From Candidatus Poribacteria bacterium (GTDB taxonomy: Bacteria; Poribacteria; WGA-4E; WGA-3G), in contig CBDBFU010000009.1 of assembly GCA_965205025.1 (NCBI GenBank), positions 96,001 to 160,000 on the forward strand: DNA of 64,000 bases, written 5' to 3'. Both the position numbers and the translations under genes were made by a program. Of the stretch, positions 53,551 to 62,845 are shown piece after piece. Every line of letters begins with the position of its first letter. Positions within the stretch are counted from its first letter, which is position 1. The notes beneath the pieces were generated by a model. That model had not been told where the DNA came from. It worked only from the letters and a program-made list of their open reading frames with translations, and did no database searches.

Positions 53551-54465
53551 ATGAAACATTTAAAGATATTTGTTCTCTCACACATTCGCATCCTTTTTCT
53601 TAGCTGGTGTCTGCTCATTTTAGCGGGGGTAACTGTTGCTAATGCGAAAATTGCCTATTGTGTAGATGGCGACATATACATCAGGAACGATGATGGCACG
53701 AATAGACGCAGGCTCACAAAAACCACACTGTCAGAAGATCGTCATCCCAATTGGTCGCCCGATGGAAAAAAAATCGCCTTTACGAGTGGACGAAGTGGAA
53801 GATATGAGGTGCATGTCGTAGACCTGGAAACGCTTGCTGTCACGCAGTTAACTGGCATTGAAGGGGAGCCGGGTGCAGGTGCTCCCGACTGGTCGCCCGA
53901 TGGCACCCAGATTGTTTATGAAAAGTTTATAAACAATCTTGTCAGGCGACCGGGGTTCGCTGCGGGGTTAACCCATAAAAATATATACGTGATGTCTGCC
54001 GATGGCGAGCAGCAGCCCATCTTCCCTAACCCACAAGCGGGGGCTGATAAGGTGATTATGAGGTTTTTCCCGCGCTGGTCTGCCGATGGACAACGAATTG
54101 TATTTATGGACTGCTCGTGGAAGGGTAAGGACCGCACGTGTTGGATGTCCGTTGCGCGCATCGGCGGTGAAATACAGATTATTCAGGAGGTTCATGACAA
54201 ATTCGGCAAGGATGCGCTGACTGCGGGGGTCTGCTGGATAGAGTATGACCAAGCACTACTTTTCGCACTGAAGCGATTGGATAACCCTAATGCGAAGATT
54301 TATAATCTCTATCGCTATGAGTTTAAGACACGGAGTATCAAACAGTTGACACGAGATATACGGGATGAGAAGTTTCCAGACTGGATAGAAGGCGCGTTGC
54401 CTGTTTCACCACAGGGGAACTTGCCCACACAGTGGGGAGAGAAAAAGCAGGACTTATCTCGGTAG
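53551..54465 (+). CDS. Secreted TolB-like PD40 beta-propeller, copy 2
   Basis: Paralog of 48779-49843 lacking one ~49 aa repeat; VSPQGNLPTQWGEKK tail. Confidence 0.88.
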   Translation: MKHLKIFVLSHIRILFLSWCLLILAGVTVANAKIAYCVDGDIYIRNDDGTNRRRLTKTTLSEDRHPNWSPDGKKIAFTSGRSGRYEVHVVDLETLAVTQLTGIEGEPGAGAPDWSPDGTQIVYEKFINNLVRRPGFAAGLTHKNIYVMSADGEQQPIFPNPQAGADKVIMRFFPRWSADGQRIVFMDCSWKGKDRTCWMSVARIGGEIQIIQEVHDKFGKDALTAGVCWIEYDQALLFALKRLDNPNAKIYNLYRYEFKTRSIKQLTRDIRDEKFPDWIEGALPVSPQGNLPTQWGEKKQDLSR

Positions 54466-54552
54466 TTCAAAATCTATAAGTGTTTATCACATGAATTGTG
54501 ATTGTACATGGCTTGAAATACCGGACTAACTGAATGAAGATTAATTTATTAA

Positions 54553-54652
54553 TTCGGCAATTTTTGAGAAAGATCCAATTCAAGGAATCAACGGTATGAA
54601 TGACATATACCAATCCCCGCCTACCGGGTTTGGGTAAAATAGAATTACCGAA
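54553..54652. mobile_element. Small IR-bounded element
   Basis: TTCGGCAATT...AATTACCGAA ends; contains GAATCAACGGTATGAATG, also present at 57329-57346. Confidence 0.4.
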
Positions 54653-54832
54653 ATATTTACTTATTCCTCATAAAGTTTGTGCTACATTAAAGAGATTTTA
54701 TAAATCGGACTCTAATTACCAGAAATGGTATAAGATCACAATGTGTGTTGTCTGTGAATATAGTTTGGGTGTGTAAAGTAGGAGGGATTCCGATTCCCGA
54801 CGCATCCATCCTTCCCTCTTCTCTTCCTCTTC

Positions 54833-54876
54833 TGTAGGAGCGACCTCCTGGTCGCGACCAGGAGGTCGCTCCTACA
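54833..54876. repeat. Perfect 44 bp palindrome, GTAG-family REP doublet
   Basis: TGTAGGAGCGACCTCCTGGTCG followed directly by its exact reverse complement. Confidence 0.85.
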
Positions 54877-55027
54877 AGTAATGTGTCTAATTAAATTTAA
54901 AGTTTACTATAAAAATCTGAGTTATCAAACTCACGTCAAAGTACAATAATAAAGGTAGATACCCAAAGAATACCTGCCTCAAAACTCTACTTGTCCGGAT
55001 CATGAAGATTCATACCACCAAGGTATG

Positions 55028-55639
55028 CTACTCGTCATACCACCAAGGTACGCTACTCGAAGAGACATGTGTCATGTGCAAAGGATCCGGATTTTGGGAA
55101 CTGAAAGGTGCTCCAGATATAGTCGCCCATGCCTGGCATTGATCTATAGATATGTTAACATCATAGGGAACTGATGTAGTTACCACACCTCTCGCATCTA
55201 TAGGGTCTGGCAGCATTTGACTTATCGTCCCTTCATAATCCCTGGTTGTCACTCCAGACCCTGGAACTATCCTTGGAACCACCATCACTGTGTTTGCTGG
55301 CGCATAAGGAAACACTACCTCGTGATAGTAATGCCCCTTAAAAGCCGGATTCGTGTTTTTGACACGGGTGCGAGCCATCCAGTGATGTTGTTTATCCTTA
55401 TCTTTGTTTGGTCCTATATTAATCTCGTCTGCATACTGGCTAACCGCCGTACGGGACCGAGTCTCAAGGGGACCATCAACATCTTTTGCATTGCGTCCCC
55501 TATACGTTCTGTCCGAATCTGTTTTTTTTCCAGTATCTCTATGAAAAACACGATTGTTATGTGCTAGGTGTTCCGAAACACTTACGAGTGTTGAAGTACA
55601 CAATAGAGAGCATGTGAGAAAAACAAATACTTTTTTCAT
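55028..55639 (-). CDS. Secreted hypothetical protein, type B
   Basis: Signal peptide MKKVFVFLTCSLLCTSTLVS; no visible similarity to type A; 6 bp downstream of anchor-protein copy 3. Confidence 0.7.
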   Translation of the reverse strand: MKKVFVFLTCSLLCTSTLVSVSEHLAHNNRVFHRDTGKKTDSDRTYRGRNAKDVDGPLETRSRTAVSQYADEINIGPNKDKDKQHHWMARTRVKNTNPAFKGHYYHEVVFPYAPANTVMVVPRIVPGSGVTTRDYEGTISQMLPDPIDARGVVTTSVPYDVNISIDQCQAWATISGAPFSSQNPDPLHMTHVSSSSVPWWYDE

Positions 55640-55645
55640 AATCTA

Positions 55646-56395
55646 TTACCTCCTCGGTAATTCTAAAAATTGATACGGGTCAATACCCGCTGTATCATAG
55701 TCCACAGCTGTGAGTCCTGCGGGAAGATCGTCTAATGTAAAACCTTGGTCCTCCCTCTCAAGTGCTGCTTCTAATTCCTCTGGCGTTTCCGCATCCCAAA
55801 ACGCATCGAAAACACCTAAATCATCATCTGGATGTGAGAGAACAACACCGGCAATTCTATCGCCTGATCGTGTTACATAGGCAACACCCCGAATCACGGG
55901 GTAAATGAGTCCACCGCGTCCATAGGTTACACCTTCAGCGTCTATTCCCTGCGTCCATAGTTTTATTCTAACACGGGTCAATAATTCGAAAGTCGGATAA
56001 TCTTTATCCCAATGTACAGGATATGGATAATCTTCGGGCACCTCTGGGTAAGGCCCGAACCCGAATGGAGACACTGACGTATCCTCCGTATCAACCGTTT
56101 CTGTGGTATGTGGTGCTGCCTTATCTATCGTGGACGATGTGTCTTTGATAGGTTTCTTTGCATTTTGCTCAATACCACCTACATTTGAATCGGTTACCTG
56201 TTCTGATGCTGATGGATCGCCAATCGTTACTGTTCGTTGCTTTTTGTATTGACGGATTTTCTCATCATGTAAAGCTGCCTCTTCCCTATAAGGTGCGGTC
56301 GTGTATTGATAGAAAAGATAACACAGACCGGCAAATATAATTAGAAAGCCTATCCCCATAAGAATCCATCTGTTGGTAAAGAACACATAAAACAT
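55646..56395 (-). CDS. Membrane-anchored protein, copy 3 (strongly diverged C-domain)
   Basis: Same N-terminus and SPFGFGPYPE; ELLTRV.IKLW and GIDPYQFL retained, rest of the C-domain differs. Confidence 0.85.
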   Translation of the reverse strand: MFYVFFTNRWILMGIGFLIIFAGLCYLFYQYTTAPYREEAALHDEKIRQYKKQRTVTIGDPSASEQVTDSNVGGIEQNAKKPIKDTSSTIDKAAPHTTETVDTEDTSVSPFGFGPYPEVPEDYPYPVHWDKDYPTFELLTRVRIKLWTQGIDAEGVTYGRGGLIYPVIRGVAYVTRSGDRIAGVVLSHPDDDLGVFDAFWDAETPEELEAALEREDQGFTLDDLPAGLTAVDYDTAGIDPYQFLELPRR

Positions 56396-56591
56396 AATTA
56401 CCTCCTAAGAATAGGGAGTTATCTTATATTAAGTTACATAGATTCAGACCAAAAACCTTTAGCTTTTTTTTAAAATTGAAAAAAGTACTAAAGAATTTTT
56501 GTCTAATCGTATATAATTAAATAGAGACTATATTGTTTGTGTAGAATTATTTCGTCGTTTTCTCGCAATTCGCCTTGAAGGAGGTATATAC

Positions 56592-57245
56592 ATGCAACTT
56601 CCAAGAGGACCACATAACAGAGGAAAATGTCCGTTTAGTATTGATCCTGCAGATGTTATGACTGCGAAAGCATCAGTAGACTATTGTGTATCTTGTGTTC
56701 AAGGAAAGAGTTCATACTTGAAGGGTTATAACGAAGATTTTTTTCAATTAGCTTTTATGACGATTATAGAGGAAACGCCGAAGTATGACCCTGATCACCC
56801 GAGCGGTGCAAGTTTTACAACGTTCATTAAGAGTCGTGTTTGTACAAGGTTGTGGGGAGAGCGAAGAAAAGTGTTACAACATTTACCATATCCTCATGAA
56901 ACGTATTCACTAACAGATACGGATGACAGTGATAATCCACTTCTTATTAATTTGATGCATGAGGCGTGTGCCGTAGAGAATATAGCAGATACAGTCATTA
57001 GACAACTTGAAGTGGAGACACTACGGAGAAATTTACCACACCTAATGGTGAAACTCTCAGAAAATGAACGTCGTGTGATTGAACTCAAGTTTTTTGAGGA
57101 GTTAAGTGGCGTTGAGATTGCCGAATCCCTTGAAATATCGGAAGGACGCTTTAGTCAGTTGGCACAGAAAGCTTTGGCAAAGTTAGGGAAAGCGTACCTT
57201 CGCATGTTGGATAAAAATATTGGTAACCCTTATGGTGAAAGTTAA
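56592..57245 (+). CDS. Sigma-70 family alternative sigma factor, copy 2
   Basis: 15 substitutions in 217 aa relative to copy 1 by manual comparison. Confidence 0.85.
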   Translation: MQLPRGPHNRGKCPFSIDPADVMTAKASVDYCVSCVQGKSSYLKGYNEDFFQLAFMTIIEETPKYDPDHPSGASFTTFIKSRVCTRLWGERRKVLQHLPYPHETYSLTDTDDSDNPLLINLMHEACAVENIADTVIRQLEVETLRRNLPHLMVKLSENERRVIELKFFEELSGVEIAESLEISEGRFSQLAQKALAKLGKAYLRMLDKNIGNPYGES

Positions 57246-57250
57246 TTATT

Positions 57251-57404
57251 CAGGACTTACGCAACTTAATCAGAAAAAGGTAAAATTTGACTTAAAAAGC
57301 CGTCATTTCAGTGTTTTAACCCCCTAAAGAATCAACGGTATGAATGCCTTAGGCATTCCCCGCCCCTTATCAGGGGGACTTTAAGATGAAATGCGTAAGT
57401 CCTG
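57251..57404. mobile_element. 154 bp MITE with 13 bp TIRs and 5 bp TSD
   Basis: CAGGACTTACGCA...TGCGTAAGTCCTG flanked by TTATT on both sides. Confidence 0.85.
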
Positions 57405-57566
57405 TTATTAATATTTTAGTTGTTGACTCAGATTATAGTATTTTCTCAAGTCGTTCTATTTCTGCTTCGTATGCTGCAATGACGGGGCAACGACATCAGC
57501 GCAGAATTCTTTAGTGGTATAAGAAGTATTCTCATATATCTTATACCAAATTCAATAACATAATGT

Positions 57567-58478
57567 TTACAGGGTCTCTTTTCGTCGCATGTTCACAAGG
57601 TAAATCCCTACGGCTACCAATGCTGTCCCCGTTAATACACTAAAGGATAGTTCATCTCCTAAGAGTAGATAACTAAATACGACCCCTGACACCGGCATTA
57701 GAAAAAAGAAAACTATAATTTTACTTGCCTTATATTTCCTTAATAATGATGTCCAACCAACTAATAATACCCCTGCAACAATCCAACCTTGATAAATAAC
57801 AGCCACAATAATAGGTATATTCAACTTAATTGCTGCATCACCCTCAAAAAAGTAACCCAAGAGTAGAAGACAAGGTATACTAAAACTTAATAACCAGATA
57901 AGGAGCCGATAGGGGTGAATTTCTTGTAGGTATATCTTTGTAAATGTCATTCGTAATCCAACAAGAGCACCACTAAGCGTTACAATAAAATCTCCAATCA
58001 AACTCGTTCCACCACTCCCACTCTGTAATTTTGGTAAGACTGTAACAAACACACCACCAAATGCAGTGATAATTCCTAACACTTTTGGTAAAGACAGTTT
58101 ATCATCCTTAATCCAGAAATGTGCAAATATGACAGCAAATAATGGATAGAGACTTACAAGAATGGTGGAATGGGAGGCAGATGTTAGGTTGGTTCCAATG
58201 TTCAAGCCAATTGTATGAGACAAGTATAGTACTGCGATTACAAATAAACGAGGTAGTTCTTTGAACCGCATTCGCATAGAAATTCCATAGAAAAACCCAA
58301 ATCCGATTACAAAGAAAAAGCCTAATACACAACGGAGTAGTGCCATCTTTAGAGGAGGAATTCCTTCTAAACCGATTTTAACGGTAGGGGAATTGATACC
58401 CCATAATGAGACGATTAACACTACAAGTACAATTATCTTTGCAGAAGGCTCCTCGTTTCTAAAGTCTTTTTCTAACAT
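57567..58478 (-). CDS. DMT/EamA family transporter
   Basis: LWG.N, 10 TM pattern, P.F..IFAH, PVSGVVFSYLLLGDEL. Confidence 0.9.
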   Translation of the reverse strand: MLEKDFRNEEPSAKIIVLVVLIVSLWGINSPTVKIGLEGIPPLKMALLRCVLGFFFVIGFGFFYGISMRMRFKELPRLFVIAVLYLSHTIGLNIGTNLTSASHSTILVSLYPLFAVIFAHFWIKDDKLSLPKVLGIITAFGGVFVTVLPKLQSGSGGTSLIGDFIVTLSGALVGLRMTFTKIYLQEIHPYRLLIWLLSFSIPCLLLLGYFFEGDAAIKLNIPIIVAVIYQGWIVAGVLLVGWTSLLRKYKASKIIVFFFLMPVSGVVFSYLLLGDELSFSVLTGTALVAVGIYLVNMRRKETL

Positions 58479-58633
58479 GTTTTTATGGTCAAACCTTTTA
58501 GACTTTAACTGTTTTTGATTTAGAGATTTAGTGCTAATATGACTTTAAGCTTAACAACGAATTGACCTACTAAAGACGAATTATAATGTTATATTTCAAT
58601 TGAATATGGTAATCGCTTCACCTTCTGAGTGTA

Positions 58634-59554
58634 TCAAAGTCGTAGATTCACAAGAAAAATCCCACCTGCAACTAATACCGCACCAATCAATAAGGTCACC
58701 GTCAACTCATCACCTAAAAACAGATAACTAAACACCACCCCTGATAATGGTGTAGCAAAAAAGAATACCACCAGTTTACTCGCGCTGTACCTTTCAAGAA
58801 TAGTTGTCCAAGCTAAAAAACAGAAACCAGCAATAATACCTCCTTGATAGAGGAGAGCAGTTCCACCAGCAAGTGAAATCTGAAATGTTTCACCACGTTC
58901 AAACAAAATACTCAAGGCCGCAAAGCACGGGAGACTCAAAACTAAATACCAAACCAACAGACGATATGGATGGATAGATTGTACTAACAGTTTTGTGACC
59001 ACAACTCGCAGACCTAAAAAACACCCACTTACCAGCACAATAATGTCCCCTATTACACTCGTTTCACCAGAACCCAGATTAGGAGCTACAGTGATGAAAA
59101 CCCCACTGAATGCAACAACTATCCCTAATGTCTTGTTAATGGATAACCGTTCACCTGGAATCCATAGATGGGCAAAAATGGCTGTAAAAAATGGATAGAC
59201 ATTAATGAATATTGTTGAACGAGAGGCTGAGGTGTAAAGGGTGCCAGTATTCAACGTAATTATTTGTAATATGAAAATTACGGTAAGAAGGAGTAGTCTG
59301 GAGAATTCTCCATGTTTTAAACTAAGTGGAATTCGACAATATAGCGACCAACCCCCAACAACCACCAATCCAATACAGAAGCGAACAAACGCCAATGCCA
59401 TAGGGGGTAGATCCTCCAAACCAACTTTAATGGAGGGTGAATTACCACCCCAAAGAAAAGCGAGGAGCAAACTGAGAACTATAATTTTCCCAGTCGGATC
59501 CTCGCTGATTACATGTCCGCTTGTAAGTCTACCAGAAGATTCTGTATTATTCAA
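58634..59554 (-). CDS. DMT/EamA family transporter (tandem paralog)
   Basis: LWGGN, PFFTAIFAHLWIPGERL, PLSGVVFSYLFLGDEL. Confidence 0.9.
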   Translation of the reverse strand: MNNTESSGRLTSGHVISEDPTGKIIVLSLLLAFLWGGNSPSIKVGLEDLPPMALAFVRFCIGLVVVGGWSLYCRIPLSLKHGEFSRLLLLTVIFILQIITLNTGTLYTSASRSTIFINVYPFFTAIFAHLWIPGERLSINKTLGIVVAFSGVFITVAPNLGSGETSVIGDIIVLVSGCFLGLRVVVTKLLVQSIHPYRLLVWYLVLSLPCFAALSILFERGETFQISLAGGTALLYQGGIIAGFCFLAWTTILERYSASKLVVFFFATPLSGVVFSYLFLGDELTVTLLIGAVLVAGGIFLVNLRL

Positions 59555-59605
59555 AAGAGGGTATCATCCCGTTAATGATATGATTTCCGTAATATATGTG
59601 TGGAC

Positions 59606-60409
59606 TTAATCATAAGCACCAGGACGATGATTCCCCATCAACCTAAGTTGTCGTTCTGTTGCATGCTCCAAAATTGATTCATCAAACTGAAATCGATTCA
59701 GATAGGGTGGATATTTCTGGGTTATCATACGGTTTGCATAATGCACCTGTAAAAGGTAACGTGTCTGATCACTACGATTCGCAGTACCTCTATGCCACAC
59801 TTCACTCCGAAAAATGACGACATCTCCACCATTGCAAAGAATACTTTGTTCTTTAGCCCCCTTCCACTCATTATCTCCATCTGGACCACGACCAGACAGA
59901 TGACTCCCCGGGACAAACTTTGTTGGACCAAGATCTTCATAGAGATCATCCAAATAGTAGTGAGCAGTGGTGATGAAAATTGGAACTTTAATGCGTGGAT
60001 CTTCCAAGATATCTGCTGGAAGTGGGATAGGCAACCAATCTGTATGTAATCCTTGATCAGGACGCCCTGGACCGGTAATCCATGCTGTCATACCAATTAC
60101 ATGGCAATCGCCACCATGAACAGCCTCAGCTAACTCAATAACAGGCGACTTATCAAGATAGTCTAAGAATACTCTATCACGATTGAAGGCGTTATTTATA
60201 TGTTTATTAAGAAAACCCTCACCATTTTCGGGTACGCTATACCTATCATAACTCTCAGGAACTGCTGTCAACCTATCCATTGCCTCGCGAAGTTCTGCCA
60301 GTTCATTTGTATCAATAACCCTCGGAAGATAAGCATATCCGTCATCCTCCATCGCTTTCACTTGATTTTCAAGATCGGGATATGCAATTAAAGGTAATGC
60401 TTCGCTCAT
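59606..60409 (-). CDS. Phytanoyl-CoA dioxygenase (PhyH) family protein
   Basis: DGYAYL, LHTD, GPTKFVPGSH, WHRG.AN...R. Confidence 0.9.
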   Translation of the reverse strand: MSEALPLIAYPDLENQVKAMEDDGYAYLPRVIDTNELAELREAMDRLTAVPESYDRYSVPENGEGFLNKHINNAFNRDRVFLDYLDKSPVIELAEAVHGGDCHVIGMTAWITGPGRPDQGLHTDWLPIPLPADILEDPRIKVPIFITTAHYYLDDLYEDLGPTKFVPGSHLSGRGPDGDNEWKGAKEQSILCNGGDVVIFRSEVWHRGTANRSDQTRYLLQVHYANRMITQKYPPYLNRFQFDESILEHATERQLRLMGNHRPGAYD

Positions 60410-60701
60410 ATTTTTACTCCCTAAATAGTACTATCCAAAGGCTGAATAACATGCTCTACATATTAACAATAATAACGGATCATGTCAACTTTTTTATTGA
60501 ACAATTCGTTGTATTAATACATCTAATAAAGTGTTAAGACAAGATTATTAAAATGACTAACAAATCAACCATTTTTTCTATTATTTATATGTAATGTTGG
60601 TCAATATCATGCCTCTCTTGCAATCAAGGAATGGAATAAAATAAAAACTTTTTAAACGCTGAATAATTACAATAATGAAACAACTTAAACAGGAGGATCA
60701 G

Positions 60702-60980
60702 ATGAAGGATAAACATTTGGAATCAAAAGAGATAACGCAAGAAGAACTAAAACCAACAAAAGATTCTGCAATACGGGTTCCTGGGGTCGTGCTTGAATCT
60801 CTACCAGGAAATTTATTCATGGTAGAACTCGAAGATAACGATCACAAAGTTGTCGCATACTTATCAGGGAAGATGATGCAACATAAAATTTGGGTGTTAC
60901 CGGGGGATCAAGTTACGGTTGAACTTTCTCCTTACGACCTAACGCGTGGTCGTATTGTATGGCGAAGTCCTGGTAGTTGA
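60702..60980 (+). CDS. infA: Translation initiation factor IF-1
   Basis: [37 protein letters not shown]; RBS AGGAGG. Confidence 0.93.
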   Translation: MKDKHLESKEITQEELKPTKDSAIRVPGVVLESLPGNLFMVELEDNDHKVVAYLSGKMMQHKIWVLPGDQVTVELSPYDLTRGRIVWRSPGS

Positions 60981-61269
60981 GTGGAGCCATTATATGCAGA
61001 TTTTTTTGAAATTACGTAACTTCTTTTTCCAAAAACATACAAAAGTGCATCCAAAAGTGTGTATAGGTGAATCATTATCATTTTTGATAATGGTATCCTA
61101 CTGCCGCTGTATTGCGGAAAAAGGAGGTAATATTATGTTTACTAACCAGAGGAGGTGTGGCACTTAGTGTTACACCCTATGTGGTGTGACACATAGTGTC
61201 GCACTCTTTGGACGGGATAAGGGAACATTGTTCCCTTATCCTTATTTTTTTGCAGTAAATTGTAAATGC

Positions 61270-61362
61270 TACAGAAGAAATGGAAGATTGGGGATCGAAA
61301 TCCCATCCTACAGAAGAGGAGATAGGAGGGGATGGAAGGATGGAAGAAATGGAAGATTGGGA
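61270..61362. repeat. GTAG-type hairpin with purine-rich octamer repeats
   Basis: GGGGATCGAAATCCCATCCTACAGAAGAG plus GGAAGATT/GGAAGGAT units; CCTACAGAAGAGG also on the minus strand at ~54826-54838. Confidence 0.55.
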
Positions 61363-61379
61363 TCGGTTAGGTAATAGAT

Positions 61380-62201
61380 CTAATCCCACAAATCTATTCC
61401 AAGAAGTTTACGACCTAAAGGTGTAAGTTCCGGGGATTCATAGTTTTTTGCTTCCCACCCGCGTGGATCTCCAGGATAGGGTCCACGACCAAGAGCCCGT
61501 CGTTCACGCCATAACATAATCCGTTCTTGTCGACGTTCTTCATTCATAGGGTTCGGTGCCCGATAAAAATTCATATACTGTGCAAGTCTTGGTTTATCCG
61601 ATGTATTACGTCCATTACCATGAGGTAGTGCGACATGCCAAATGAGTAATGAACCTGCCTTCCCTGGGACTTGTATGAATTTATCAGGTGTAAGTTCTGG
61701 CACCCAAGTGTTTTCTTCGTCAATCAGCGACTTATGAGCCCCCGGCCAACATACAAAAGATCCTTGATTGTCGGCTGTATCTCTCAGAAACAGGACACCT
61801 TGCGTACTAAACCGCACAGGAAGTTTTGTCGTATCCGCATCCCAATGATACATCCCTTTATGATCCCAGTCAGGATAATCAGGATGCCGAGGAGGCTTCA
61901 TGTTCACCCTGTCTTGGTGAACCCAAATCCGATGTGTACCATATATTTCTTTATAGATTTCGTAAATCGGTGGATGTTGGTATACGTTCCACATTGCCTG
62001 GTGATGATACATTTCTACCATACCAGCGCCGGGTTTGTGAGGTTGTCGATACCAGTCATTCGGATCTGATGGATCCATCTCCAAAAAAGCAAAAATTGCA
62101 TCAACGACTGCCTCACATAATTCAATTGGAACAGCTTCTTCAATAACCATATATCCGTATTCATCGAAATGGTCGTGATGTGATTGTTTAAGCAGTAACA
62201 T
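61380..62201 (-). CDS. Phytanoyl-CoA dioxygenase (PhyH) family protein
   Basis: FDEYGY, YHWD, PGAH, LPHGNG.N...PR, LTPLGRKLLG. Confidence 0.88.
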   Translation of the reverse strand: MLLLKQSHHDHFDEYGYMVIEEAVPIELCEAVVDAIFAFLEMDPSDPNDWYRQPHKPGAGMVEMYHHQAMWNVYQHPPIYEIYKEIYGTHRIWVHQDRVNMKPPRHPDYPDWDHKGMYHWDADTTKLPVRFSTQGVLFLRDTADNQGSFVCWPGAHKSLIDEENTWVPELTPDKFIQVPGKAGSLLIWHVALPHGNGRNTSDKPRLAQYMNFYRAPNPMNEERRQERIMLWRERRALGRGPYPGDPRGWEAKNYESPELTPLGRKLLGIDLWD

Positions 62202-62210
62202 TCAACTCCT

Positions 62211-62843
62211 TTATTTGTTAGTTTGTGTATTTCTGACTACCTCTGGTGGGATACCCCGTCCACTCTTGTACATAAAGTCAGTTGCCTGAATCTCATAAAG
62301 ACGGATAGCAGCTGCTTGCTCCTTGAATCCGCTACAGATTTCCGGAAGATCCAATTCCGGACACTTTTCACAAGCATGTTTCTTACGTATCTGACGTTGA
62401 CGGAAGTAAATCCACCAAAATACTGACATTACAATGACAGTCGTTATTCCAGATAGATAGTTCTGATATATTATTAGAAATGGAGATATACCAATGAATA
62501 TTCCCATTGTTAAACGGAGACCATCCTGAATAAACCTTGGAAATCTCTTATACCATCTCGGATAGGATAGTAATATGACAGGAAATAAAACGGAGATAAG
62601 CCAAATAAGTGGTATGTGTTGAATAAAGGTTGAGAAATTTAAAGATGTTAATATGCCTAATCCAATTCCAATATAAGCAAACATACAACTTCTGCATAAA
62701 TGTAGTCTACCAACTTGAAGTACACCAGACTTAAATCTATCACATAAAGGTCTGTGTGCCCAATTGAAGGTATATGTGTGATATAACCATATCCACTTTA
62801 AACGGGTGTTGTAGATTAGATTTGAAACTCTATGGAGAATCAT
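62211..62843 (-). CDS. Cys/His-containing membrane protein (possibly DUF2085-like)
   Basis: AHRPLC...HLCRSC, 4 TM segments, HACEKC...C. Confidence 0.6.
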   Translation of the reverse strand: MILHRVSNLIYNTRLKWIWLYHTYTFNWAHRPLCDRFKSGVLQVGRLHLCRSCMFAYIGIGLGILTSLNFSTFIQHIPLIWLISVLFPVILLSYPRWYKRFPRFIQDGLRLTMGIFIGISPFLIIYQNYLSGITTVIVMSVFWWIYFRQRQIRKKHACEKCPELDLPEICSGFKEQAAAIRLYEIQATDFMYKSGRGIPPEVVRNTQTNK

Positions 62844-62845
62844 TA

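Noticed and set aside
48779-57245. Diversity-generating retroelement, shufflon or prophage explanation for the cassette array
   Set aside because: No reverse transcriptase, recombinase or phage gene in the window, and I saw no adenine-restricted variation between copies
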